Numbered from the stretch's first letter, positions 1 to 9,467 are shown. The stretch is 52,123 nucleotides of DNA from Nocardioides sp. (GCF_035703625.1 NZ_DASSXS010000211.1:1-52123); one strand, 5' to 3'. Program-made: numbers and translations. Notes: generated by a model not told the origin, from the sequence alone.

Positions 1-1029
1 CGGATCGTCGTCCTGATGCTCGGCGTCATCGGGGCAGTGGCCCTGGCTGTCGGCGTCCGCGGGGCGGCCGAGATCATCGCGCCCGCGATGCTCGCGCTGG
101 TCCTGACCATCGCCGTGCTCCCGCTCGGCAACTGGGCGCGACGCCACCGGTGGCCGGGGTGGCTGGCCACCCTCGGGGCGCTGGTCGCGGCGTACGCCAT
201 CTTGCTGGTGCTGCTGATCGGCACCGTCGTCTGCCTGGTCAGGCTGGTCGACCTGCTCCCCCAGTACGCCGGCGACGCCACGCAGCTCTCTGCCCAGACC
301 AACGACGCGCTGTCCCGTGTCGGGCTGGGCTCCGACCAGGTGCAGGACGCCCTCGCCAAGGTCGATCCCACCCAGGTTGCCGACGTCCTCGGCACCCTGC
401 TCTCGGGGATCCTCGGCGCGCTCGGCAACCTGTTCTTCCTGGTCACCGTGATGTTCTTCTTCGTCGTGGCCGCACCGGGATTCAAGCCGCGGATGGCCTG
501 GCTCCGACGGAGCCGGCCCCATCTGGACGCGTCGCTCGCGAAGTTCGTCAACGGCACGCAGCGCTACCTGATCGTCACCGCGCTGTTCGGGGCCATCGTC
601 GGAGTCCTCGACGCCGGAGCGCTGTGGCTCATCGGCGTCCCGCTGCCACTCGTCTGGGGCTTCTTCTCCTTCATCACGAACTTCATCCCCAACATCGGGT
701 TCGTGATCGGCATCATCCCTCCGGCGCTGCTCGCCCTGCTCGACGGCGGCTGGGAGCAGATGGTGCTGGTCCTCGTGGTCTACAGCCTGCTCAACGTGAC
801 GATCCAGACCTTCATCCAGCCACGCTTCGTCGGCAACAGCGTCGGCCTGAGCGCCGAGCTGACGTTCCTCTCGCTCGTCGTCTGGACGTTCCTGCTCGGT
901 CCGCTGGGGGCCCTGCTCGCGGTGCCGATGACGTTGCTGCTGCGGGCGTTCTTCATCGATGCCGACCCACGCGCCGCGTGGGTCAATCCGCTGATCGACG
1001 CGCAGGTCGAGGACCCGGATCCTGCCTAG
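1..1029 (+). CDS. AI-2E family transporter (5' end probably outside window)
   Basis: Multi-TM protein with the NFIPNIG and IQPRFVG..VGLS..L motifs of the AI-2E/PerM family; the frame is open from base 1 (first ATG at 16). Confidence 0.88.
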   Translation, partial: RIVVLMLGVIGAVALAVGVRGAAEIIAPAMLALVLTIAVLPLGNWARRHRWPGWLATLGALVAAYAILLVLLIGTVVCLVRLVDLLPQYAGDATQLSAQTNDALSRVGLGSDQVQDALAKVDPTQVADVLGTLLSGILGALGNLFFLVTVMFFFVVAAPGFKPRMAWLRRSRPHLDASLAKFVNGTQRYLIVTALFGAIVGVLDAGALWLIGVPLPLVWGFFSFITNFIPNIGFVIGIIPPALLALLDGGWEQMVLVLVVYSLLNVTIQTFIQPRFVGNSVGLSAELTFLSLVVWTFLLGPLGALLAVPMTLLLRAFFIDADPRAAWVNPLIDAQVEDPDPA

Positions 1030-1888
1030 CTGCGTCGTCACGGACCGGGTTGGTCAGGGGCAGCAGGCCCTCGACCCGGGCCTCCGCGACCACTCCCGGC
1101 TTCAGCACCCCCGCCCCCGGGGTGCCGGTGGAGATGATGTCGCCCGGGAAGAGCGGCATCATCTGGCTGTGGAAGCTGATCAGGTCCCGCGGGGCGTGGG
1201 TCATGTTGCCCACGACGTTGCGGCGGACCTCGGCGCCGTCCAGGAAGGTCGCCACCTCGACGTCCTCCAGTGCCCGTGAACGCAGGAACTCGTCGAGGGT
1301 GACCACCTCCGGGCCGAAGGAGAAGAACGTCGGGAAGTTCTTCGACCGGGTCAGGTAGCGGGGGTTGAGGGCGAGGATGTCCTCCGCCGTCTGGTCGAGG
1401 ACCGCACAGACGCCGAAGACGTGGTCCAACGCCTGGTCCGGGGGGACGTTGCTGGCTTCGCGGCCCATGACCACGCCGAGCTCGCCCTCGCCGGTGGTGC
1501 GCTCGCTCTGGTGAGGGATCACGATCTCGTCTCCCGGTCCGACGATCGTGTGATCGGCCTTGATGAACGACGCGGGCTGACTCGGTGTCTCCTCGTGCAG
1601 GTCGCCGGCATGGTCGGCGTAGTTCAACCCGATCCCCCAGATCTTGCGCGGGCGCCGGTAGGGCGGCCGGTACGTCGCCTCGCCGGCCTCCACCAGCTCG
1701 CGCTCCCCCAGTGCCTCGGCCCCCTGCGCGATCGGGTCGAGCAGGTCGCGGGCTGCGCTCTGCTCGATGAGGGTCAGCAGGTCACCCGCCAGCGACGGAT
1801 CGAGCCGGTGCAGGGGAGCCCACCGGCCATCCTGCCGCCGCACGCAGCCCTGTTCGGTGCCGTCGACCACGACCGTCGCGAAGCGCAT
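983..1888 (-). CDS. Fumarylacetoacetate hydrolase family protein
   Basis: KIWGIGLNYADH, EGELGVV, SKNFPTF, PGDIISTGTPG motifs; ATG at 1888 (alternative GTG 1897); 3' end overlaps the AI-2E gene by 47 nt. Confidence 0.9.
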   Translation of the reverse strand: MRFATVVVDGTEQGCVRRQDGRWAPLHRLDPSLAGDLLTLIEQSAARDLLDPIAQGAEALGERELVEAGEATYRPPYRRPRKIWGIGLNYADHAGDLHEETPSQPASFIKADHTIVGPGDEIVIPHQSERTTGEGELGVVMGREASNVPPDQALDHVFGVCAVLDQTAEDILALNPRYLTRSKNFPTFFSFGPEVVTLDEFLRSRALEDVEVATFLDGAEVRRNVVGNMTHAPRDLISFHSQMMPLFPGDIISTGTPGAGVLKPGVVAEARVEGLLPLTNPVRDDAARQDPGPRPARRSAD

Positions 1889-2120
1889 GGTGGCCACGAT
1901 ATGACGGCCGATGAGGACCGAGAAGGTCGTCGGCCCGGCCTCGATCAGGGGACCAGACCGCTACGTGACCCATGCGGGGGACCACCGAGTGGCACCAACG
2001 GGTCATATGGCCGCGAGCCACCACGGCGTTCCCGCGACCGGCGTACGTTGTGCTCTGGGACGCGCGCGCCCGGACGGAGCCCCCGACGGTCTCGCGGGCC
2101 GCGCCCGTGGGAGGTGGGCC

Positions 2121-3557
2121 GTGCTTCACCTGCCATGGCCCCGCCATCTGGTGGTGCTGGGGGTGCTCGGAGCCGGGTTGACCCTGTTGGTGGGTGCCAC
2201 CGCGATCTTCTCGCTGGCCCGCACCGTCACCACGGCCCAGGAGATGGGTCAGCTCACACGGGCCCAGCGGCTCCACCAGGACGCGGACATGATGCACGAC
2301 GCGCTGCGCGCCGACGTGGGGAACGCTCGGCAGGCCCTGCACTCGCCCCGCGCGCCCGGCACGACCGAGGACCTCGTCGAGACGACCCGGGCCCACGCTC
2401 GACAGTTCCGGCGCGACATCGACGAGCTGCACGCGATGGACCTGCCACCGGCGGTCGCCGGGGCCGTCGCGGACCTGGTGCCCGTTCAGGACGCCTACAT
2501 CGCCACGGGGCAGCGCCTCGTCCGGTCGATGCTCCGGACGGGGAGGGTCGACGACGTGGCCGTCGACCGGTTCCAGTCCATGTTCGAGTCGCTGGTCACC
2601 ACACAGGAAACCACCACCGCCGTGCTCGCCGACAGCTCCGCCGCGCTGGAGCGGGAGCAGGCACAGCACGAGCGCGTCACCGCCCGCCTGCTGGTCGTGG
2701 GCTCGGGTGCGGCCCTCGCGTGCTGGGCGCTGCTGGTGTGGATGCACCGGCGGGAGGGGGCCAGGCTCCGCGCCGCGCTCGGCCGCGAGGCGGCACAGCG
2801 AACCATGGCCGACGAGCTGCAGCGCGGCCTGTTTCCCGACCAGCTGCCCGTCATCCCGGGGGTCGGACTCGCGGCTCGATCCACGCCCGGGAACTCCTCC
2901 ATGCAGGTCGGTGGTGACTGGTACGACGTCATCGCGCTCCCGTCCGGCGAGGTCGGGCTGGTGGTGGGCGACGTGGTCGGCCACGACCTTCCCGCCGCTT
3001 CCGCCATGGGACAGATCCGGGCCTCCTTGCGCGCCTTCGCCGTCCACGAGACGTCGCCGGCCACGGTGCTGTCGCGGGTCAACACCATGGCGGACATCCT
3101 GGGCGTCACCGACCTGACCACCTGCCTGTACGCCATCGTGGATCCCGCCGACGGCACCTTCCGCTGGTCGAGCGCCGGCCATCTCAACCCACTCATCGTC
3201 GGCGCCGCGGGCGACGCCAGGCTGCTGCACGGCGACCCGGGGCCGCCGGTCGGTTCGAGCGACACCGCGCTGTACGTCGACCGATCCAGCCAGATCCCGC
3301 GCGGAGGGTCGCTCCTGCTCTACACGGACGGGCTGGTGGAGCGACGGTCGAGCTCGATCAGCGACGGGCTGGCACGCCTGGAGTCGGTCCGCATGCCCAC
3401 CACCGGCCCCGATGAGCTGTGCGACCACGTGCTCACCACACTGCTCGGCTTCGGATCGCCAGCGAGTGACGACGTCACCGTGCTGGCCCTGCAGCCGCTG
3501 CCCGTCGAGACTGCGATCGCATCGCCGTACGTCGGAGGCCTCGGCGACACGGCGTGA
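2121..3557 (+). CDS. Membrane-anchored PP2C/SpoIIE-family Ser/Thr phosphatase with an extracytoplasmic helical sensor domain
   Basis: GGAGG RBS before GTG 2121; two TM segments; C-terminal VGGDWYD, GDVVGH, LYTDGLVE, DDVTVL motifs. Confidence 0.9.
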   Translation: MLHLPWPRHLVVLGVLGAGLTLLVGATAIFSLARTVTTAQEMGQLTRAQRLHQDADMMHDALRADVGNARQALHSPRAPGTTEDLVETTRAHARQFRRDIDELHAMDLPPAVAGAVADLVPVQDAYIATGQRLVRSMLRTGRVDDVAVDRFQSMFESLVTTQETTTAVLADSSAALEREQAQHERVTARLLVVGSGAALACWALLVWMHRREGARLRAALGREAAQRTMADELQRGLFPDQLPVIPGVGLAARSTPGNSSMQVGGDWYDVIALPSGEVGLVVGDVVGHDLPAASAMGQIRASLRAFAVHETSPATVLSRVNTMADILGVTDLTTCLYAIVDPADGTFRWSSAGHLNPLIVGAAGDARLLHGDPGPPVGSSDTALYVDRSSQIPRGGSLLLYTDGLVERRSSSISDGLARLESVRMPTTGPDELCDHVLTTLLGFGSPASDDVTVLALQPLPVETAIASPYVGGLGDTA

Positions 3558-3831
3558 TCCCGCGATCTCACGTCGACGCCGACGGGTCCGGTCCCTGTCG
3601 CGTCCGGGCTGGCTCGCTGCTCGACAGTGGTTGACGTGCCGGCAGGACCGATTCGTCCACCGTGAGTCGGACTCGTCAAGCCGCCGGCCGCACAGGCTCG
3701 CAGATGGTGGGCGTCGCCCAGAGCTCGGCGCAGGTGTTGCCCCGGGCGGCCGCTGTCGCGATGGCAGGAGGACTGCACCTCGAGGGTCTCGCCCTGTGGG
3801 TGGTTGCGGTCAGGGCAGGGTGGCCCCGCCC

Positions 3832-3969
3832 GACCCCGAGCGTCGCGCCGTACCAGACGAGCGGGACACGCCGCCTCGTCGTCCGGTCGAGCAGGTTCCG
3901 TACGCCGACTTTCCCGACCACGACCCCGGTGACGACGACCGCAGCAACCGCAAGGCCTATGGAACCGGG
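3832..3969 (-). pseudogene. Relic of a CPBP (CAAX protease-like) membrane protein
   Basis: Translates PGSIGLAVAAVVVTGVVVGKVGVRNLLDRTTRRRVPLVWYGATLGV, resembling the 'GP.lAA.vVt...GraGlrdLl.R..rWRV...WY' N-terminal signature of actinobacterial CPBP proteins; no start codon for this segment and no catalytic EE motif. Confidence 0.5.
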
Positions 3970-4569
3970 CTAGCCGTTGCGCGAGGACGGGAAGTGCACG
4001 CCGACGACCCCGGAGACCGTGCACGCCAGGACCCGGGCCAGCTCCCGCTCCCCGTCGTCGGCCGGACCGTCCACCGTGGCGACACCGTCGGACACGTCGA
4101 CCAGCCAGTCCAGCCCGGTCTGCCGGAACAGCTCGTCGACCTCGGCCTCGATCCGGGGGTCCTCCCGGGAGAGCAGCCGAATGATGTCCCGCCGGCTGAT
4201 GACGCCCACCACTTCGTCCTCGTCGACGACCGGCAGGCTCTTCACGACCGTGCTGGTCATCAGCTCCGCCGCCTGGGCGAGCTCGGTCCCGCTGGAGACG
4301 GTCAGCGCATGGCGGCTCATGATGTCGGCGACCCGGGCATGTGTCGGGGGCGTGCTCAGGCGGACCAGGCGCTCGTGGACTCGCTGGTCCGGGACGACCA
4401 TCTCCCTGATGACATCCGCCTCGCTCACGACGCCGACCAGGCGCCCGACCTCGTCGACCACCGGCATGGCGGCGATCGAGTGGCGCTCGAGAAGCTGGAT
4501 GGCGTCCTTGACGGCCGCCGACTGCGGCACCGTGACGGCCGGGCTGGTCATGACCTCGCGCACCAACAT
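3970..4569 (-). CDS. CBS-domain pair protein with a C-terminal BON-like domain
   Basis: AAGGAG RBS before ATG 4569; VREVMT..., MPVVDE.GRLVGVVSEAD, LPVVDE..VVGVISRRD; C-terminal V.DGVATV.G...V.GV..V. Confidence 0.9.
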   Translation of the reverse strand: MLVREVMTSPAVTVPQSAAVKDAIQLLERHSIAAMPVVDEVGRLVGVVSEADVIREMVVPDQRVHERLVRLSTPPTHARVADIMSRHALTVSSGTELAQAAELMTSTVVKSLPVVDEDEVVGVISRRDIIRLLSREDPRIEAEVDELFRQTGLDWLVDVSDGVATVDGPADDGERELARVLACTVSGVVGVHFPSSRNG

Positions 4570-4620
4570 CCGAACCACTCCTTACACCCGCTCTGTTGTC
4601 CGTGCCGCCGAAGGCCGCCC

Positions 4621-4731
4621 GGGACGGTCGGCTCCACCGTCACCTCAGTCTTCGTGCTCCGGGAGGATCGGGCACAGGGCCATTGGGGCTTTCGGCACAG
4701 GCCCAACGGCCCTGCGCGGTACGTTCGGAAC
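4621..4731. promoter_or_regulatory. Cluster of DosR/OsdR-like boxes in the divergent CBS / GNAT-ligase promoter
   Basis: GGGACGGTCGGCTC (4621), GGGGCTTTCGGCAC (4685), AGGCCCAACGGCCC (4699) and a weak fourth (4718), resembling the DosR core GGGACTAAAGTCCC and OsdR core GGGCCGATCGGCCC. Confidence 0.6.
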
Positions 4732-4759
4732 ACCGCAGGATGTGCCTGGAGGTGAGCCC

Positions 4760-7438
4760 ATGGCCCAGGGAGTCGTCGCACGTGCAGCCGATGTGCTGCT
4801 GGCCGACGGAAGGATCGCGTCCATCCGCCCCATGGTCCCCGAGGACCATGCGGAGCTGATCGCCCTGCATGACGGAGTGGGTGACGACAACCTCCGGCTG
4901 AGGTTCTTCTCGCTGAACCGCGAGGCCGGTCACCGGTACGTCGACCACCTGGTGCAGGGAACCGGCAACACGGTGGCGACGCTCGTGGCGACGGTGCGCA
5001 ACCGCATCGTCGCTCTGGCGACCGCTGAGCGCGCCGATCACGACTCGGCCGAGGTGGCCCTGCTGGTGTCGGACGTCGAGCACGGCCACGGGCTCGGAAG
5101 CCTGCTCCTGGAGCACCTCGCCGCCGCCTGCCGTGACCAGGGGGTTCGTCGTTTCGTCGCCGAGGTCCTCCCCGAGAATGCGGCGATGATCCGCGTCTTC
5201 AACGACGTGGGCTTCGACGTCTCCCGGAGGAGCCAGTCGGGGGTCGTCTCGGTGGAGATGAGCACCCAGGCCTCAGCGACGGCCGTCGCGGCAGCGGACT
5301 TGCGTGAGTCGGTCTCGGAGGCCCGCTCGCTGGCTCCCTTGCTGCACCCCAGGAGCGTCGCGGTCGTCGGTGTCCGGCGCGAGGGTGCCGGCCTCGGCCA
5401 CGCCGTGCTGACCTCGATCACGCAGCGGGGCTTCCGCGGACACGTGTTCGTCGTCCACCCCGACGTTCCCTCCATCGACGGGGTTCCGGCCTTTCCCCGT
5501 CTGGCGGACGTCCCCGAGCACATCGACCTGGCGATCATCGCCGTACCCGCGCAGCGCGTGCTCGCGGCGGTCGAGGACGCAGCGGACGCCGGGGTCTCGT
5601 CGGTCGTCGTCATCTCCTCCGGGCTCGGAGAGCTCGGCCCCGAGGGGGCCGAGGTTCAGCATCAGATGGTCCGGGTCGCGCGCCGGAACCACATGAGGCT
5701 GGTCGGGCCCAACTGCCTGGGCGTCATGTCCAACGATCCCGACATCAGTCTCAACGCCACCTTCTCGCTCAGCGACCCCCCGGCGGGGGGCCTGGCGGTC
5801 GCCTCCCAGTCCGGCGGAGTGGGGATCGCCCTGCTCGACGTGGCCCGAGAGCTCGGGCTGGGTGTCCACACGTTCATCTCGCTGGGCAACAAGGCGGACG
5901 TGTCGGGCAACGACCTCCTGGCCGCGTGGGTCGACGACCCCAAGGTCACCGCAGCGGCGCTCTACCTGGAGTCGTTCGGGAACGCCCCGAAGTTCGCGAG
6001 GCTGGCTCGCCGCTTCGCCGAGCGCAAGCCGCTGCTGGCGGTCGTCGGCGGACGATCGGCCGGAGGCCGGCGGGCGGGGGCGTCGCACACCGCCGCGGCC
6101 GCCTCACCGGCCGTCGGGGTCGACGCCCTGCTCGCACAGGCCGGAGTCCTCGCCTGCCGCAGCGCGGAGGCGATGGGCCGGATCGCGCTACTTCTCTCCG
6201 AGCAGCCGCTCCCGGCCGGGAAGAGGGTGGCGATCGTCAGCAACGCCGGAGGACTCGGCGTGCTCGCGGCCGACGCTGCCGACGCCCACGGACTCCTGGT
6301 CCCGGAGCTGCCGGTCGAGCTCCGTGCCCAGCTCGACGGTTTGGTGTCCGGCACCACCGGGACCAGCAACCCGATCGACCTCGGCGCCGGCGCGACCGCC
6401 GACCACCTCTCCGGTGTCCTCGAACCCCTGCTGGACAGTGCCCAGGTCGACACCCTGCTCGTTGTCCTGGTGCCGACGAGCGTCGCGCCAGCCGAGCCCC
6501 TGGTGGAGGCAACGGCCCGAGCTCGCGAGACCCACCCTGAGAAGCCCGTCGTCCTGGTCGGACTGGGCGGCCTCGGACAGCACGTCGCGGGCGTCACCGT
6601 CTACCACGCGGTCGACCACGCCATCGAGGCCATCGCCCAGGCCGCGACGTACGCCGAGTGGAGGCAGACGCCCCGCGCCGAGCCCGCGGCGCACGACCCG
6701 GAGCGCGCGTCCACTGTGCGCGCCATCGCACGAGACCTGCTGAGAACCTCCGGGCCGGCCGGATGGGTGCGTGCCGACGACGCCACGAGGCTGCTCGAGC
6801 CCTACGGCCTGATGCCCGTGGGAGGCATCGCCGCGAACCCGCTGGAAGCATCGGAGCTCGCCGGCACGCTCGGGTTCCCGGTGGCGGTCAAGGTCGCCGA
6901 CAGGAACATCGTGCACAAGACCGACCGGGGACTGGTCCGGGTGGGGCTCGAGTCGAGCGCGGAGGTGATCGCGGCCACCCGTGCCTTCGAACACGAGCTC
7001 GGACGCACAGACGTGCCCGTGCTCGTCCAGCCGGTCGTGGACGGCGTCGAGATCGCGCTGGGCGTGGTCCGCGATCCCGGGTTCGGGCCGCTGGTCATGG
7101 TCGCCGCCGGCGGCATCGCCACCGGGATCCTGGATGACCGCGCCTTCCTGTTGCCGCCGTTCACCCAGCTGGACGCCGCACGCGCGATCCGGTCGCTGCG
7201 GACCTGGCCCATGCTGGAGGGCTACCGCGGGGCCGCGCGGACGGACACCGACCGGCTGGAACGTGTCCTGGTGACGCTCGGGGAGCTCTCCGTCGACGTT
7301 CCCGAGGTCGCCGAGCTCGACTTCAACCCCGTGATGTGCACTCCCACCGACGTCGTCCTCGTCGACGTGAAGATCCGGCTGGCCGAGGCCAGCCCGGTCA
7401 ACGCGGGCATCCCCCGTCAGCTGCGCGTCCAGCCCTGA
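4760..7438 (+). CDS. Bifunctional GNAT N-acetyltransferase / acetate-CoA ligase (ADP-forming)-like protein (Pat/PatA type)
   Basis: GGAGGTG RBS before ATG 4760; N-terminal GNAT (AEVALLVSD..HGHGLGSLLL, EN.AM..VF); CoA-binding domain (GPNCLG, SQSGG, SLGNKADV, ASHTAA); C-terminal ATP-grasp (HKTD.G.V, ELDFNP). Confidence 0.92.
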   Translation: MAQGVVARAADVLLADGRIASIRPMVPEDHAELIALHDGVGDDNLRLRFFSLNREAGHRYVDHLVQGTGNTVATLVATVRNRIVALATAERADHDSAEVALLVSDVEHGHGLGSLLLEHLAAACRDQGVRRFVAEVLPENAAMIRVFNDVGFDVSRRSQSGVVSVEMSTQASATAVAAADLRESVSEARSLAPLLHPRSVAVVGVRREGAGLGHAVLTSITQRGFRGHVFVVHPDVPSIDGVPAFPRLADVPEHIDLAIIAVPAQRVLAAVEDAADAGVSSVVVISSGLGELGPEGAEVQHQMVRVARRNHMRLVGPNCLGVMSNDPDISLNATFSLSDPPAGGLAVASQSGGVGIALLDVARELGLGVHTFISLGNKADVSGNDLLAAWVDDPKVTAAALYLESFGNAPKFARLARRFAERKPLLAVVGGRSAGGRRAGASHTAAAASPAVGVDALLAQAGVLACRSAEAMGRIALLLSEQPLPAGKRVAIVSNAGGLGVLAADAADAHGLLVPELPVELRAQLDGLVSGTTGTSNPIDLGAGATADHLSGVLEPLLDSAQVDTLLVVLVPTSVAPAEPLVEATARARETHPEKPVVLVGLGGLGQHVAGVTVYHAVDHAIEAIAQAATYAEWRQTPRAEPAAHDPERASTVRAIARDLLRTSGPAGWVRADDATRLLEPYGLMPVGGIAANPLEASELAGTLGFPVAVKVADRNIVHKTDRGLVRVGLESSAEVIAATRAFEHELGRTDVPVLVQPVVDGVEIALGVVRDPGFGPLVMVAAGGIATGILDDRAFLLPPFTQLDAARAIRSLRTWPMLEGYRGAARTDTDRLERVLVTLGELSVDVPEVAELDFNPVMCTPTDVVLVDVKIRLAEASPVNAGIPRQLRVQP

Positions 7439-7467
7439 GCGAGTGCCCTCAGCCGAGCTGGGAGCCC

Positions 7468-7638
7468 GAGGTCGGTCTCGGCCACGAGAGGCAGCTCGGG
7501 CCACTGGGTGAGCAGGTGCATGACCAGGGTGGATGCCGCACCCGGACCTGGCGGCCTCGCCTGCGGCGAAGGCGAGCGCTTCATCGATCGGGTCGTGCCC
7601 TGGGCGACCACGACGGGGTTCGGGTTCTGCTCGTTCAT
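7468..7638 (-). pseudogene. Frameshifted 5' fragment of a universal stress protein gene, paralogous to 43726-44655
   Basis: MNEQNPNPVVVA / GHDPIDEALAFAAGEAARSGCGIH / MHLLTQWPELPLVAETDL across two frameshifts, versus intact MTEQNPHPVVVAVGHGPIEAALAFAAGEAVRDGCGLH...HLLATGPEMPLVAETDL. Confidence 0.9.
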
Positions 7639-7702
7639 GACAGGCTCCGTGTGCGGGGTGAGCGCACCCGCTTCGACGATGGCCCGTCCCGCCCCGTACA
7701 CG

Positions 7703-7745
7703 TAGGGACCAACGGCCCCTGGCCCCCGGCCGGACGCCCCTGATC
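7703..7745. promoter_or_regulatory. DosR/OsdR-like box upstream of adh (divergent from the usp relic)
   Basis: TAGGGACCAACGGCCCCTG (7703-7721), identical to 44719-44737, with similarity continuing about 24 nt further. Confidence 0.7.
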
Positions 7746-7806
7746 TGACTCCCCGCTCCGGGGCAGGCTGGAAGCTGACACCCCCTGCCCCTCGCTGGAG
7801 GACGAC

Positions 7807-8871
7807 ATGAAGGCGCTGCGACTGAACGCATGGAAGAGCGAGCCGGTTCTCGAGGAAGTCCCGAGACCGGAGCCCGGTCCGGGCGAGGTGGTGGTTCAGG
7901 TCGGTGCCGCAGGAGCGTGCCACTCGGACCTGCACCTGATGCACGACTTCGAGGCCGGAGCACTGCCGTGGAGTCCCCCGTTCACGCTCGGGCACGAGAA
8001 CGCCGGGTGGGTGCACGCCATCGGCACCGGCACCCGGGGCGTCGAGCTCGGCCAGCCGGTCGCCGTCGTCGGCGCCTGGGGGTGCGGCACCTGCCGGCAC
8101 TGCCTGGATGGCCTCGAGACCTACTGCGAGCGACCCGATCTGGCGCCAGTGCCCGGGGGCGGGGGTGGCCTCGGCCTCGACGGCGGCATGGCCGAGTACA
8201 TGCTTGTGCCGGCTGCACGGCACCTGGTGCCGCTGCCCGATGGCCTCGACGTGGTCCACGCCGCCCCGTTGACCGATGCCGGGCTGACGCCCTACCACGC
8301 GGTCCGGCGATCTGGGCACAAGCTGGGTCCGACGGCGACCGCCGTCGTGATCGGGGTCGGGGGCCTGGGGCACATGGCGGTGCAGATCCTGCGCGCCACG
8401 ACCGGCGCACGTGTGGTGGCGGTCGACCCCCGGGGCACTGCACGAGACCTCGCGGGCCGCTACGGCGCCGACCTCTCCCTGTCCCCCGGGCCGGACCTGG
8501 TGCAGGAGATCCGGGAGTTCACCGGCGGCATCGGTGCGGACCTCGTGATCGACTGCGTCGGCTCGGACGACACTCTCGCCGCCGCTGCGGCCTGTGCCCG
8601 GCAGCTGGGAGACATCACGATCGTCGGCATCGCCGGCGGCACCCTCCCGGTCTCCTTCTTCGGCGTGCCCTACGAGGTCAGCGTCCAGACGACCTACTGG
8701 GGCAACCGGCGCGAGCTCGTCGAGGTGCTCGATCTGGCCTCCCGTGGGCTGCTGACCGCCGCGACGTCGCTCTACACCCTCGACGACGCCGCCATGGCCT
8801 ACCAGGACCTCGCACACGGCAGCGTCGACGGCCGCGCCGTGGTCATCCCCACCGATTCCTATCAACCCTGA
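7807..8871 (+). CDS. Zinc-dependent NAD(P) alcohol dehydrogenase
   Basis: GACHSDLH, GHENAG, structural Zn CGTCRHC...C, GVGGLG; GGAGG RBS. Confidence 0.93.
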   Translation: MKALRLNAWKSEPVLEEVPRPEPGPGEVVVQVGAAGACHSDLHLMHDFEAGALPWSPPFTLGHENAGWVHAIGTGTRGVELGQPVAVVGAWGCGTCRHCLDGLETYCERPDLAPVPGGGGGLGLDGGMAEYMLVPAARHLVPLPDGLDVVHAAPLTDAGLTPYHAVRRSGHKLGPTATAVVIGVGGLGHMAVQILRATTGARVVAVDPRGTARDLAGRYGADLSLSPGPDLVQEIREFTGGIGADLVIDCVGSDDTLAAAAACARQLGDITIVGIAGGTLPVSFFGVPYEVSVQTTYWGNRRELVEVLDLASRGLLTAATSLYTLDDAAMAYQDLAHGSVDGRAVVIPTDSYQP

Positions 8872-8889
8872 CGAGACGAGGAGATCACC

Positions 8890-9432
8890 ATGAAGACCGT
8901 GATCGTGTACGAGTCGATGTTCGGCAACACCGAGCACATTGCCCGCAAGGTCGCGGACGGGCTCGCCGAGGCGGGTAGCCGCACCACGCTTGCCGATGTC
9001 CGCGAGGTCGGGCCAGATGACCTCGCCGAGGCCGATCTCGTGGTCATCGGGGCACCGACGCACGCGTTCTCCCTGAGCCGGCAGTCGACCCGGGAGGACG
9101 CGGTTCGACAGGGGGCGGACCCGTCACGGGCCGCACTGGGCGTGCGTGAGTGGCTGGACACCTTCGCCGCGGCATTCCCGCTCGCTGCGGAGCGTCCGCG
9201 GGTGGCGGTGTTCGACACCCGTGTCGAGAAGGTCCGACGGCTTCCCGGCTCCGCAGCCAAGCGGGCGGCCAAGGCCCTGCGGGCCCACGGTTTCGCCCTG
9301 CTCGACCGCCCGACCAGCTTCTACGTCGCCGATGTGCACGGCCCGACCACCTTCGGCGAGTTCTACCGGGCCCACGACTGGGGAGCCCGCCTGTTCGAGC
9401 TGGCCCGGCAGCCGGACCTCGAAGCCTCCTGA
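8890..9432 (+). CDS. Flavodoxin family protein
   Basis: IVYESMFGNTEHIA FMN-binding motif, GAPTH, AVFDTR. Confidence 0.9.
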   Translation: MKTVIVYESMFGNTEHIARKVADGLAEAGSRTTLADVREVGPDDLAEADLVVIGAPTHAFSLSRQSTREDAVRQGADPSRAALGVREWLDTFAAAFPLAAERPRVAVFDTRVEKVRRLPGSAAKRAAKALRAHGFALLDRPTSFYVADVHGPTTFGEFYRAHDWGARLFELARQPDLEAS

Positions 9433-9467
9433 AGGACCGTGAACAGACGGTGGACAAGGAGATCGCC

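Noticed and set aside
3977-4759. N-terminal 261 aa of the 1153-aa ORF
   Set aside because: Mostly antisense shadow of the CBS gene; the real start is ATG 4760 with a strong RBS.
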